This document shows positions 29,037-38,064 of a stretch of DNA of 64,000 nt, piece after piece; the first letter of the stretch is position 1; each line of letters starts with the position of its first letter. The stretch spans positions 52,392-116,391 of the IMG/VR virus record IMGVR_UViG_3300032236_001850; one strand, 5' to 3'. The notes under the pieces are model-generated. The model made no database searches and was not told the origin of the DNA. It worked only from the letters and a program-made list of their open reading frames with translations. Source of the DNA: a virus. A program made the position numbers and the translations under genes.

Positions 29037-30032
29037 ATGGGAAGTTTTTACACATTGTGTTCAATCACAAATCAGACAATAGTTGATAGTCAAGAATTAG
29101 TTGTTCAATTTATGGTACCAAGAAAAACACTCGACGAGAGTGGAGGATTCATGGTTAAGATGTTTCTAGAAAGCGCAAAGAAAAAAGGTTTAGAGGAAGC
29201 ACTTAAGACCTGGGAGGAAACAACAAAGGAATGGGGTAACCGCATGGACCATAAGGGTATGGAGGTTTCCAATGAAGGCGCCATCGTAGACTACATTCCA
29301 TTCGGTCCAGCTATTAGAGGAAAGTACAATGATTGCGGTGACGTGGTTCCGATGGACGATGAGGAAACACAAAAAAGAGTTAAGTTAATGGAAGGCATAT
29401 TCTGTGGAATTCCTTTTACAAGCTTAATGGATATAGCAACGGATGACAGATGGTATATCTACGGATTAAAAAGTGGAGACGATATGTGGAAGCTCAAAGG
29501 TGTTGATGAGAAACTACCAGGTTTCATACTTGATATCTGCAAGACCTTAACACTAACTTATTTCCATGCTCCAGTTTACGACGCCTTGATAGATCCGGAT
29601 TTCTCACCAGAAGGAAGAAAAGACAGCTACGAAAAGAAATGGCAAGACGAGTACATCGATGGCATGAGAAAAGGTATAGCTGCCATAATTAAAGTGGGCG
29701 AGGGTGACAGGGAGGATGAGGATTTCTCAGAGAATCTAATTAATGCTTTCAGAAGATCGAGAATTCATTTATTGGAAAGAATGAAGGAGGAATTTTCATT
29801 TGTTCTTATCACATCCTGTTTGAGAGAAGGTACAGATTTTGAATGGTTAATTGAAAACTCAAGATTAACATCATCAATGTCAGGAATGTGCTTCAAATTG
29901 CAAAGATCACAATACGGATCACAACACTTCAACTGGGAAGGTTGGAAAAAAATAAACGAATCTTTGGAGCCATCAGTAGCCAAAATGAAAGCATATTATG
30001 GTTATGATGAAGAAGACGAAGACGATATATAG
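29037..30032 (+). CDS. hypothetical protein with acidic C-terminus
   Basis: ORF track; upstream terminator plus conserved motif. Confidence 0.45.
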   Translation: MGSFYTLCSITNQTIVDSQELVVQFMVPRKTLDESGGFMVKMFLESAKKKGLEEALKTWEETTKEWGNRMDHKGMEVSNEGAIVDYIPFGPAIRGKYNDCGDVVPMDDEETQKRVKLMEGIFCGIPFTSLMDIATDDRWYIYGLKSGDDMWKLKGVDEKLPGFILDICKTLTLTYFHAPVYDALIDPDFSPEGRKDSYEKKWQDEYIDGMRKGIAAIIKVGEGDREDEDFSENLINAFRRSRIHLLERMKEEFSFVLITSCLREGTDFEWLIENSRLTSSMSGMCFKLQRSQYGSQHFNWEGWKKINESLEPSVAKMKAYYGYDEEDEDDI

Positions 30033-30050
30033 GTAAACTAAAATAATCTG

Positions 30051-30797
30051 ATGAGTATATATAACGAAATTTATGGTCTCTGTGCAGCCAAAAATGTAGG
30101 TCCAATTTTCGATAACGGAAAGGAACTTACCCCGAGATTGAAATTTATAATTTCAGTCCTTGAAAAAGAAGGTATTGATTACGAGATTGATAGATTCTCA
30201 GTTGACAATAAAACCGATGGTTTTAATATCAATCTACTTGGAAATTCCAATCAGTTTGTTGTAGCTCATCATGATATAGTTAATCCACATTCTGATAATG
30301 CAAACGATAATAGCTGCTCAGTTATTAATGCAATTGCACTTAAGAAATTGGTTCCCTCCGTAAACATTTCCATATTGGACGGTGAGGAATATGGAGGATT
30401 TGGATCTCAACATCTAAGCGAAAGAATAAACGCTGGAGATTTTGGTGACATCAAATGGGTACTTAATTTTGAATTAACAGGAAGAGGTGGAGAAGATTTC
30501 TTTATTGGAGACTACCCAGGGCCATTAACTGATCACATACAATCAATTTTCGATTGTCCTGTAGTTAGAACACCCTTCAACGATTCGGTTATATTCAGAA
30601 AAAATGGAATAGACTCAGTTGTTATTAATCCATTACCTCCAACAGACGAAAAAACACCAGTTGTTTGTTCTGATGGGACATGCTTAGATTTCAAAATTCT
30701 ATTTCTATGTCACAAGATGGAAGATTCTGTTGATAAAATATCACCAGAAGATATGAGAGCATTCGTTGAGAATGTAGCCGCAAAAATAATAACTTAA
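30051..30797 (+). CDS. putative M28/M20-like zinc peptidase
   Basis: VVAHHDIVNPHSDNANDNSCSV resembles H.D ... aDDnaSG metal-ligand spacing; weak. Confidence 0.35.
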   Translation: MSIYNEIYGLCAAKNVGPIFDNGKELTPRLKFIISVLEKEGIDYEIDRFSVDNKTDGFNINLLGNSNQFVVAHHDIVNPHSDNANDNSCSVINAIALKKLVPSVNISILDGEEYGGFGSQHLSERINAGDFGDIKWVLNFELTGRGGEDFFIGDYPGPLTDHIQSIFDCPVVRTPFNDSVIFRKNGIDSVVINPLPPTDEKTPVVCSDGTCLDFKILFLCHKMEDSVDKISPEDMRAFVENVAAKIIT

Positions 30798-30798
30798 A

Positions 30799-30939
30799 AT
30801 GAAAACTTTTGAGAATATAAAAAACTTTAAAACATTCATACAAAAGATTGATGAGGACATAGAAACACCTAAAAAATCAAAGGTTAAAAGGCCAAGGAAG
30901 GAAAAAATCGTAACGATTCCAAATTGGGGAATATACTAA
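30799..30939 (+). CDS. small basic protein (46 aa)
   Basis: hand-translated ORF MKTFENIKNFKTFIQKIDEDIETPKKSKVKRPRKEK...; followed by terminator hairpin. Confidence 0.25.
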   Translation: MKTFENIKNFKTFIQKIDEDIETPKKSKVKRPRKEKIVTIPNWGIY

Positions 30940-30941
30940 TA

Positions 30942-30973
30942 AAAAAATCCGAAATTATTTTCGGATTTTTTTT
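30942..30973 (+). terminator. rho-independent terminator
   Basis: aaaaatccgaaa-ttatt-ttcggatttttttt. Confidence 0.6.
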
Positions 30974-30974
30974 G

Positions 30975-31020
30975 TGATTTATTTTTTTTATTCGAATCTT
31001 TGTTGTACATTTGCAACAAA
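30975..31020 (+). promoter_or_regulatory. conserved upstream motif before 31047
   Basis: ttttttttattcgaatctttgttgtacatttgcaacaaa. Confidence 0.5.
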
Positions 31021-31046
31021 TAATTTAATAATTAATACTTAAAAAA

Positions 31047-32972
31047 ATGCACACACAAATTGCAAGTTTATTGGGCTATGCTTGGGTAATCATCCCAGTT
31101 TTAGCATTGCTATTCTACAAATTCACACTCCGAATGTTTTTCGGTATGGTGATAATCCCGGAGGACAAGATTGGTTTGGTTACCAAAAAATTCGTTCTTT
31201 TCGGTTCAAATAAAAATTTACCAGACGGTAAAATCATTGCTCTAAATGGTGAACCTGGTTATCAAGCAGACACATTAGCACCTGGTTATTTAGGATGGGG
31301 TTATTGGCCTTGGCAGTACACAATCGATCAATCGCCATTCGTAGTAATCGCAAAAGGAAAAATTGGTTTAGTTACAGCAAGAGATGGTGCCCAGTTACCT
31401 ACAGGTTCCATTTTAGCAAGACACGTTGACTCTGATAACTATCAATCAGCCAGAGAATTCTTAGCAAATGGAGGACAACGTGGTAAACAAGTTGGTTATC
31501 TTAACAATGGGGTATATCGTATCAATAAACACTTATTCGAAGTGTATGAAGCTGATATCACTTATATTGAGGATGGACAAGTTGGTATCATCACTGCCCT
31601 AGACGGTATTCCGTTGGATGCTGGAAACATTGCAGGTAACGTTATTGATGGTCACAACAATTTCCAAAATTTCGACAAGTTCTTAGAAAATGGAGGACAA
31701 CGTGGTCTACAAACACAAGTTGTACAAGCTGGTAACTATTCATTAAATCCATGGGCAGTGGAGGTTGAAAAAGTTGCAATGACACAGATTCCTATTGGAC
31801 ACGTTGGTGTTATTATCTCCTATGTTGGTGCAGAAGGTAAGGATGTAACTGGAGAAGGATTCAAACACGGTAATATCGTTGATAAAGGACAAAAAGGTGT
31901 TTGTATTACACCATTAGATCCAGGTAAATATGCGATCAATCCATATACACACAAAATTGAAGTTGTACCAACAACTAACTTAGTACTTAACTGGGCTAAT
32001 GCTCGTACAGAGTCACACAATTTGGATAAAGGATTAAGCACAATCACAGTGCGTTCTAAAGACGGTTTCCCATTCAACTTGGACGTTTCTCAAATCATCC
32101 ACATCCCATCAACTGAAGCACCTAAGGTTATTGCTCGATTTGGAGCCATGCAAAACCTTGTATCTCAAGTACTTGAGCCTACAATCGGTAACTACTTCCG
32201 TAACTCAGCACAAAATTCTGATGTTATCTCATTCTTAAATGATCGTCAAAAACGTCAAGATGCTGCTAAAAACGAAATCAAAAAAGTACTTGACGAGTAT
32301 AATGTACATGCAGTTGATACATTGATTGGAGACATCACACCTCCTGAGTCGTTAATGAAAACTCTTACTGACCGTAAGATTGCAGAAGAGGAGCAAACAA
32401 CTTTCAACGTGCAACAAGCTGCACAAGAGCAAAAACAAAAATTGGCTTCTGCAAAAGCTTTAGCTGATATGCAAGGTGAAATCGTACAAGCTGAACAATC
32501 GGTAATGATTGCCGATAGAAAGGCACAAACGAAGGTTAAGGAATCTGAAGGGGAGGCAACATCTATGAAACTTAAAGCAGCTGCACAAGCGGAAGCCAAA
32601 GAGATCATGGCAAAAGCGGATGCAACACAAATCAAATTAACCGGAGAAGCAGAAGCATCTAAGATTGAGGCGATTGGTAAAGCAACAGCGGAAGCTTACG
32701 AGAAACAGGTTAAAGCAATGGGAGCAGACAACTTCGGACAATTAAAAGTTGTTGAGTCGATTGGTATGAACAACATCAAAATCATTCCTGAGATTCTTAT
32801 CAGCGGAGGTGATGGTGGTAACGGACCTATCTCAGGTTTACTTGGAATGGAGTTACTGAACCAGGTTAATGCTAGAAAAGCAGAAGCAGCAGCTCCTGCG
32901 GTAGTAAAAGAAACACCTGCCTCGTCAGGACCTTCAATAACACAAGAAGGACCTAAAAAAGGTAACAAATAA
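31047..32972 (+). CDS. flotillin-like SPFH/band-7 family membrane protein
   Basis: 641 aa; N-terminal TM; C-terminal Ala/Glu/Lys-rich coiled region (AKEIMAKADATQIKLTGEAEASKIEAIGKATAEAYEKQVKAMGADN) typical of flotillin/YqiK tails. Confidence 0.6.
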   Translation: MHTQIASLLGYAWVIIPVLALLFYKFTLRMFFGMVIIPEDKIGLVTKKFVLFGSNKNLPDGKIIALNGEPGYQADTLAPGYLGWGYWPWQYTIDQSPFVVIAKGKIGLVTARDGAQLPTGSILARHVDSDNYQSAREFLANGGQRGKQVGYLNNGVYRINKHLFEVYEADITYIEDGQVGIITALDGIPLDAGNIAGNVIDGHNNFQNFDKFLENGGQRGLQTQVVQAGNYSLNPWAVEVEKVAMTQIPIGHVGVIISYVGAEGKDVTGEGFKHGNIVDKGQKGVCITPLDPGKYAINPYTHKIEVVPTTNLVLNWANARTESHNLDKGLSTITVRSKDGFPFNLDVSQIIHIPSTEAPKVIARFGAMQNLVSQVLEPTIGNYFRNSAQNSDVISFLNDRQKRQDAAKNEIKKVLDEYNVHAVDTLIGDITPPESLMKTLTDRKIAEEEQTTFNVQQAAQEQKQKLASAKALADMQGEIVQAEQSVMIADRKAQTKVKESEGEATSMKLKAAAQAEAKEIMAKADATQIKLTGEAEASKIEAIGKATAEAYEKQVKAMGADNFGQLKVVESIGMNNIKIIPEILISGGDGGNGPISGLLGMELLNQVNARKAEAAAPAVVKETPASSGPSITQEGPKKGNK

Positions 32973-32990
32973 TACCTTATGATATATTCA

Positions 32991-33018
32991 AAACCCGTGA
33001 GAAATCACGGGTTTTTTT
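32991..33018 (+). terminator. rho-independent terminator after flotillin gene (bidirectional with 33023 minus gene)
   Basis: aaacccgtga-gaaa-tcacgggttttttt. Confidence 0.6.
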
Positions 33019-33022
33019 ATAT

Positions 33023-34219
33023 CTAAATATATCCTAGCTTTAATTTTATATCATCTATTGTCATATCCCATTTTTTTATTTTTCTGTATAAATGTTCATT
33101 CATTGCTAATTCACTAAAATTATTATAATTACATTTTACCCTGATGAGATAATCAATATGCTCATCCTTTGTTTTAAATCTTTTTAATTTTTTTGTATCA
33201 TTTATAATACCAAGAATCCGGCAATCAATCAAATTATATTTTTTAATTCTCTTATATAAATCAAAGTCATTTTTTTTGAGTTCACTCAATTTAACATTTT
33301 CACATTTTTCAATATCACCAGATCTTAGCATAAATAGAAAATTCAAATTTGGTTTATAGTTTATGATCTGATCCTCACTAACATAAATTCCTGTAATTCT
33401 TTTTATATCATCAATCTGGTTAATCAATTGGGTTTTAATATTTTCTATATAATTTCTATAGTTTTTAGACTTTTCGTCAATTACAAGTAATTCTACGTTA
33501 GCTTCTTTGCAAATTTTTATTTTTTCCTTGTCCTTCTCCTCAGTATGGAATCTTTTACCGTTATATTCCCAACCAATTCTCCATTTATCAAAATAGCAAT
33601 CAATTTCAAGAGGGTATATGACATTTCTATTATTAAAGCTACATTCAGTGCTCAAAATATATTCAAGAATATCCTTTAGTATTAATTGGGGTATGCTAAC
33701 AGATCCACCGATTTTTAAATTCTCAAGCTCATCCAATAAGCCAAATTTTCTTGCTTTGTTATACACGTAATTATCCATATAAGAAAACTCACTTCTTGTT
33801 GTGTATTTTAAAGCTTCGCCTCTAACAAAATCGTATGACACATCTCTTCCATTTTCTTTACATTTTTTAGCTCTTAAAAAATCTATTTCCTCTTTGGTCC
33901 TCTTTATTCCCATGCGACCAATTTTTCTTATAACAGATTTTCTTGTCTTGTCTAATTCTAGTGCAATCTCAGCATTTGATAAAATTCTATAATTATTTAA
34001 TATAAAAATCTCCTCATGCTCACTCCATTCGGTTTGCTTGTATTGATTTCTTTTCTTCCTTGATTTCTTCATAAAATCCTCATTTTTATAAACACCAATA
34101 GAATTTGCTTTAGCAATGAGTGTTCTCCTTTTTATGTTAAGAATGTTAGACAATTCATCGTTATCCGTTGAAGGGTACAATTGAATGAGTTTTTTAGTTT
34201 TTTCCTCGGTCCAGATCAT
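33023..34219 (-). CDS. putative homing-type endonuclease (N-terminal HTH repeats + PD-(D/E)xK/Vsr-like core)
   Basis: two W(T/S)EE...L..L....N.E(L/I) HTH-like repeats; DCYFDKWRIGWEYNGKRFH...ELLVIDE resembles D...E.K nuclease core of DUF559/Vsr; lone minus-strand gene. Confidence 0.4.
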   Translation of the reverse strand: MIWTEEKTKKLIQLYPSTDNDELSNILNIKRRTLIAKANSIGVYKNEDFMKKSRKKRNQYKQTEWSEHEEIFILNNYRILSNAEIALELDKTRKSVIRKIGRMGIKRTKEEIDFLRAKKCKENGRDVSYDFVRGEALKYTTRSEFSYMDNYVYNKARKFGLLDELENLKIGGSVSIPQLILKDILEYILSTECSFNNRNVIYPLEIDCYFDKWRIGWEYNGKRFHTEEKDKEKIKICKEANVELLVIDEKSKNYRNYIENIKTQLINQIDDIKRITGIYVSEDQIINYKPNLNFLFMLRSGDIEKCENVKLSELKKNDFDLYKRIKKYNLIDCRILGIINDTKKLKRFKTKDEHIDYLIRVKCNYNNFSELAMNEHLYRKIKKWDMTIDDIKLKLGYI

Positions 34220-34295
34220 GCCAATTTTTATTATTTTATTCTATATATCCATCAATAAATAAAATATAAAATAATCGGAACAATAATCATTTAAT

Positions 34296-34835
34296 ATGTA
34301 TAACAATAAAGAAAATCAAATGATACACGAAATAAAACCAGATTCAAAAAATTTGGAAAATTTGGATTTTTCTGAAAATTCAATAAGCATCTTCCTGGCA
34401 GGATCAATTGATATGGGATCATCGAAAAAATGGGCTTCAGAGCTGGTTAATAGAATTACTGAAATCAACCCATTTGAATTTGATATTGTTTTTTATAATC
34501 CCAGAAGAGATGCGTGGGATAATACATGGGAGCAGGAGGAATCTAATCCGGTATTTAATTATCAAGTGAATTGGGAATTAGATAATATTGAGGATTCGGA
34601 TATTATATTCTTTAATATCCTACCAGAATCAAAAAGCCCAATAACTCTTATGGAATTAGGTCTATGTGCTGGTAGTAATGCTAAGGTTATAGTTTGCTGT
34701 CCAGATGGATTCTACAGAAAAGGAAACGTTGACATTCTATGTACAAGATACGAGATGCCACAATATCCAGATTTTGATTCCGCTTTCGGTGCTTTACTTA
34801 CCACAATAGGTAGAGAGGCCAGAAGGAAATATTAA
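34296..34835 (+). CDS. nucleoside 2-deoxyribosyltransferase-like protein
   Basis: ISIFLAGSIDMGSS...ELGLCAGSNAKVIVC pattern (cf. iYLAGP...E.G.A.alGKpV). Confidence 0.5.
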   Translation: MYNNKENQMIHEIKPDSKNLENLDFSENSISIFLAGSIDMGSSKKWASELVNRITEINPFEFDIVFYNPRRDAWDNTWEQEESNPVFNYQVNWELDNIEDSDIIFFNILPESKSPITLMELGLCAGSNAKVIVCCPDGFYRKGNVDILCTRYEMPQYPDFDSAFGALLTTIGREARRKY

Positions 34836-34897
34836 GGTAAGGGATCCTAAAAATCCCACGAGCTTCAAAGAAGCGATTTAGAAAATAACTTATGTAA

Positions 34898-35791
34898 ATG
34901 AGTGAAATTAAAAAACACATATCTGTTGTAGAGACAGATAATGGACACGGAATTCTGAGTTATCTAACAATGGAAATGTCAGATAAATTAAGTCCGGAGG
35001 GATTTCCAGAGATGGGATTGAAAATGAAAACAAAACACGTCGAGCTTGAAACACATCAAGTAAAATCGGTAATCAATTCCGAACAGATGCAAGATCTCGA
35101 AGCAATGGGAATTAACACTTTGGATACGTTAAATTCAACACTACTGAACGAATCCGAAATGGGACAGGAGAAGCAAATTTATAAAAAAATGAAATTGCTT
35201 GGTTATGAATCCAACAGAAAATTATGGACAAAGTTCCAAAATTTTGCACATAAATGGACGGGATATGTACCAATGTTAGATATCACAAAGGATGGAGCTT
35301 TATTAAGAAAGATGAATTTCATGTCACAGATCATAGCAACATCATCAAGACTTGGTCCTGCTAACTTTGTAATAATTGGTCCAGGTTTATTAGAACAGTT
35401 TGTTGCAGATCCAGGATTTGTGCACGTTCAACATGATTCTTCATCAACTCCGGGTAAAATCTATTTATGTGGTACATACAGAGATCAGTTTCAAATATTA
35501 ATAAATCCGGGACTTCCGTGGACGGATAAAAGAGTAGTTATGGGTAGGGACTCTTCGGTTCAAAATGAAGGCATATTTATGATTGAACACAAGGAAGGAT
35601 ATGTTTTTGATAAAAGAGAATATGTGAATCCAACATTTCTTACTCCTATGATCGAAATGGTACTAAGAAAAAGATATGCTTTAACGCACACGCAAAACGC
35701 AGCAAAAAATTACATAACATTAACATGTACTAATAAAAAACATAATGTTCTTACACACATTATTGAAAAGTACTTCAAAAAGAAAAAATAA
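34898..35791 (+). CDS. hypothetical protein
   Basis: ORF track, 297 aa. Confidence 0.45.
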   Translation: MSEIKKHISVVETDNGHGILSYLTMEMSDKLSPEGFPEMGLKMKTKHVELETHQVKSVINSEQMQDLEAMGINTLDTLNSTLLNESEMGQEKQIYKKMKLLGYESNRKLWTKFQNFAHKWTGYVPMLDITKDGALLRKMNFMSQIIATSSRLGPANFVIIGPGLLEQFVADPGFVHVQHDSSSTPGKIYLCGTYRDQFQILINPGLPWTDKRVVMGRDSSVQNEGIFMIEHKEGYVFDKREYVNPTFLTPMIEMVLRKRYALTHTQNAAKNYITLTCTNKKHNVLTHIIEKYFKKKK

Positions 35792-36258
35792 TGGTTAGTT
35801 TATATTCATCAATCCTTTGGGATAAAATTGGTCACGATCCCAACGAATTTAAAATACACGAAAAGGAATTTCCGGAGATATTCGAAGAATTCAAAAAATA
35901 CATAGAGGATAAGGGATCAGAACAATTTCTCGATGACGTTAGGGGAATAGAGGGAATAGTTGGAGATATTACTGAATTTAGTTACTATGACGGTCCGATA
36001 TACCAACACAAAACACACACTCACGAAAGCAACATCAAAGATCCGGAGGATTGGGAAGAAGGTAAGAAAAACGGATACAAGGAGATAAAAATGATTTTCC
36101 ATGAATCTGAAGTTCTTCCAAACGTTCTAAGGATGATGATGGAATTTCTTGGGCCCGACGAGGTTTCCTTTCTTGCTGATGTCCATAGGGAATACTATAA
36201 AAATAAGAAAGCAATAGCCGTTGAAGATTGTCAATTGAGGTCTAGCGATGAGCAATAG
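35791..36258 (+). CDS. hypothetical acidic protein
   Basis: ORF track; ATGA overlap. Confidence 0.4.
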   Translation: MVSLYSSILWDKIGHDPNEFKIHEKEFPEIFEEFKKYIEDKGSEQFLDDVRGIEGIVGDITEFSYYDGPIYQHKTHTHESNIKDPEDWEEGKKNGYKEIKMIFHESEVLPNVLRMMMEFLGPDEVSFLADVHREYYKNKKAIAVEDCQLRSSDEQ

Positions 36259-36814
36259 TAATTATACTCTTCATTCTGGTGGAGCATTAGGTGCAGATAT
36301 TACATGGGAGATAATAGGGAGGAGATTTGGATTAACCGAATTCAATCATTATTATATTGATGGATATAAAACAACAAAGGGCAATGCTTCGATAAAGATG
36401 TCGGAAAAGCTGGAGAGAATGATTGACGAAGATCTTATTAAAGCAAATAAAACTCTTAAAAGAAAATATCCAACAAGGAATGCCTATGTTAACAATCTTC
36501 TAAGAAGAAATTGGTTTCAGGTTAATAAATCTGATGCAATTTTTGCCATCTCGAGTATAGAGAATGGTCTCGTAAACGGAGGAACCGGATGGGCTGTTCA
36601 AATGGCAATAGATAAGGGAATGCAGGTTTTTGTTTTCTGTCAAATCACGAAGAAGTGGTATACACGTTCCTTGGGATCTTGGATCATTACAGAAATCCCA
36701 ATTTTAACCGAAAATTTTGCAGGTATAGGGACAAGGGAGATATATGAATCAGGTCAAAAAGCAATCGAGGATGTTTATAATAAAACATTCAATCACAAAA
36801 AAGCCGAAGTTTAA
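36248..36814 (+). CDS. DprA/Smf-like (SLOG clan) Rossmann-fold protein
   Basis: LHSGGALGADITWE resembles the DprA vSGgArGiDaaAH motif. Confidence 0.45.
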   Translation: MSNSNYTLHSGGALGADITWEIIGRRFGLTEFNHYYIDGYKTTKGNASIKMSEKLERMIDEDLIKANKTLKRKYPTRNAYVNNLLRRNWFQVNKSDAIFAISSIENGLVNGGTGWAVQMAIDKGMQVFVFCQITKKWYTRSLGSWIITEIPILTENFAGIGTREIYESGQKAIEDVYNKTFNHKKAEV

Positions 36815-36830
36815 ACTTCGGCTTTTTTTT
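36803..36830. terminator. bidirectional terminator between convergent genes
   Basis: aagccgaagt-ttaa-acttcggctttttttt. Confidence 0.6.
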
Positions 36831-37101
36831 AATCTGCTAAATCTTTTTGAATTCCTTCGTATCCAGGTTGACCTAACATTTCGTCTAGAACCTGATGACA
36901 TTCGTTGACATAATTATCATATGTGTGGCACTCGTCCAAATCATTATGGCATTCATTTGCCTCTCTAATTAGATGTTTCTCACAAAGCTTTTTCATTTTT
37001 GCTTTTGCTTTCTCACTCATAAGTGATTTTTTCTGTGTGTCAGCATCCCAATTTTCTCCAACATAATCGTTGAATCTCTCGTAACTTTTAATGTTTTCCA
37101 T
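36829..37101 (-). CDS. hypothetical Cys/His-rich acidic protein
   Basis: ORF track; shares bidirectional terminator at 36803-36830 with upstream plus gene. Confidence 0.4.
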   Translation of the reverse strand: MENIKSYERFNDYVGENWDADTQKKSLMSEKAKAKMKKLCEKHLIREANECHNDLDECHTYDNYVNECHQVLDEMLGQPGYEGIQKDLAD

Positions 37102-37103
37102 TT

Positions 37104-37370
37104 TTATGCAGTTTGATTTGGATCAGATGGTGTTTCATCTTTTCCTTTGTATTTTAGAGTTAACATCTTCTCAACAACAGTTAGTCCTAATCCACCACCA
37201 GCTATAAGGCAAAGTGAATCATACATAAATTCAGGAGTTATACCATCCTTAGATCTAAATGTTGCTACATAAGCTAATATAACCACATTAACCAGAACAA
37301 ACATAGAGGCAACTCTTTTTACTGATACCTCATTGTTGCTGGAGAGCATATCCAATATAAATTTTTTCAT
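37104..37370 (-). CDS. small membrane protein (holin-like topology)
   Basis: ORF track; two hydrophobic helices, charged C-terminus. Confidence 0.4.
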   Translation of the reverse strand: MKKFILDMLSSNNEVSVKRVASMFVLVNVVILAYVATFRSKDGITPEFMYDSLCLIAGGGLGLTVVEKMLTLKYKGKDETPSDPNQTA

Positions 37371-37420
37371 GGTGTTAAGTTTTTATCCTATATATCTTTA
37401 TTTGTTGGAATATATACAGT

Positions 37421-37834
37421 ATGGAAAAAATATTAAACTTTGATGCCTTCATCTATGAAAATTCAATGCCAGATCATCAGGATTGGGTTGAGGGAGGTAT
37501 ATTACTTGTTAGAGGTCTGAATATTAAGGGCATAACTAGAATGTACGCATTTAAAATTAAAAAGATAACACCAGCAGGTGGTGGTAGAATGGCTCATCTT
37601 GATTCTCAAATTTTTAGAATAGCAAAACAAGACGGAAATTTCAGAGCTGTATCTATAGTATTTGATCAAGCACACATTAAGAAAAATGTTGGATTGAGCG
37701 GTCCTAGAGTGATGTTAAATGCTAAAAATGGAAAAACACCACTTTGGAGAGAGTCTGTTATGGAAACAAACTTTAAAAAATTTCTAAACGATAACGCATC
37801 AATATTAGATTCCTGGAAAGATATAACTTACTAA
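37421..37834 (+). CDS. hypothetical protein
   Basis: ORF track. Confidence 0.4.
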   Translation: MEKILNFDAFIYENSMPDHQDWVEGGILLVRGLNIKGITRMYAFKIKKITPAGGGRMAHLDSQIFRIAKQDGNFRAVSIVFDQAHIKKNVGLSGPRVMLNAKNGKTPLWRESVMETNFKKFLNDNASILDSWKDITY

Positions 37835-38064
37835 TGAAACACTTACAAATATTTGAAGATTATTCAATAACTTCACCTTACGGAACAACAACGCTTGATA
37901 AATTTAAAGCCTTAAAAAGAGGGGACAATGTTAAATATATGGGTGATGCCTATGTAGTAGAGGAACCTGGCGAATTTGACGTGCTTTTAAGAAGCAGAGA
38001 CGTTGATGGTGGCGAGATAAGAGTCAACTACAACATGTTCAAAGCAAAAGGAATGATAGACTAG
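37834..38064 (+). CDS. hypothetical protein
   Basis: ORF track; ATGA overlap. Confidence 0.35.
   Translation: MKHLQIFEDYSITSPYGTTTLDKFKALKRGDNVKYMGDAYVVEEPGEFDVLLRSRDVDGGEIRVNYNMFKAKGMID

Noticed and set aside
34898-35791. T4 gp23-like major capsid protein call, based on SRLGPANFVIIGPGLLEQF and GTYRDQFQILINPGLP resembling gp23 family blocks
   Set aside because: Only 297 aa (gp23 family is ~450-520 aa), the similarity is two short blocks recalled from memory, and the gene sits in a metabolic or accessory neighbourhood. Kept as hypothetical.
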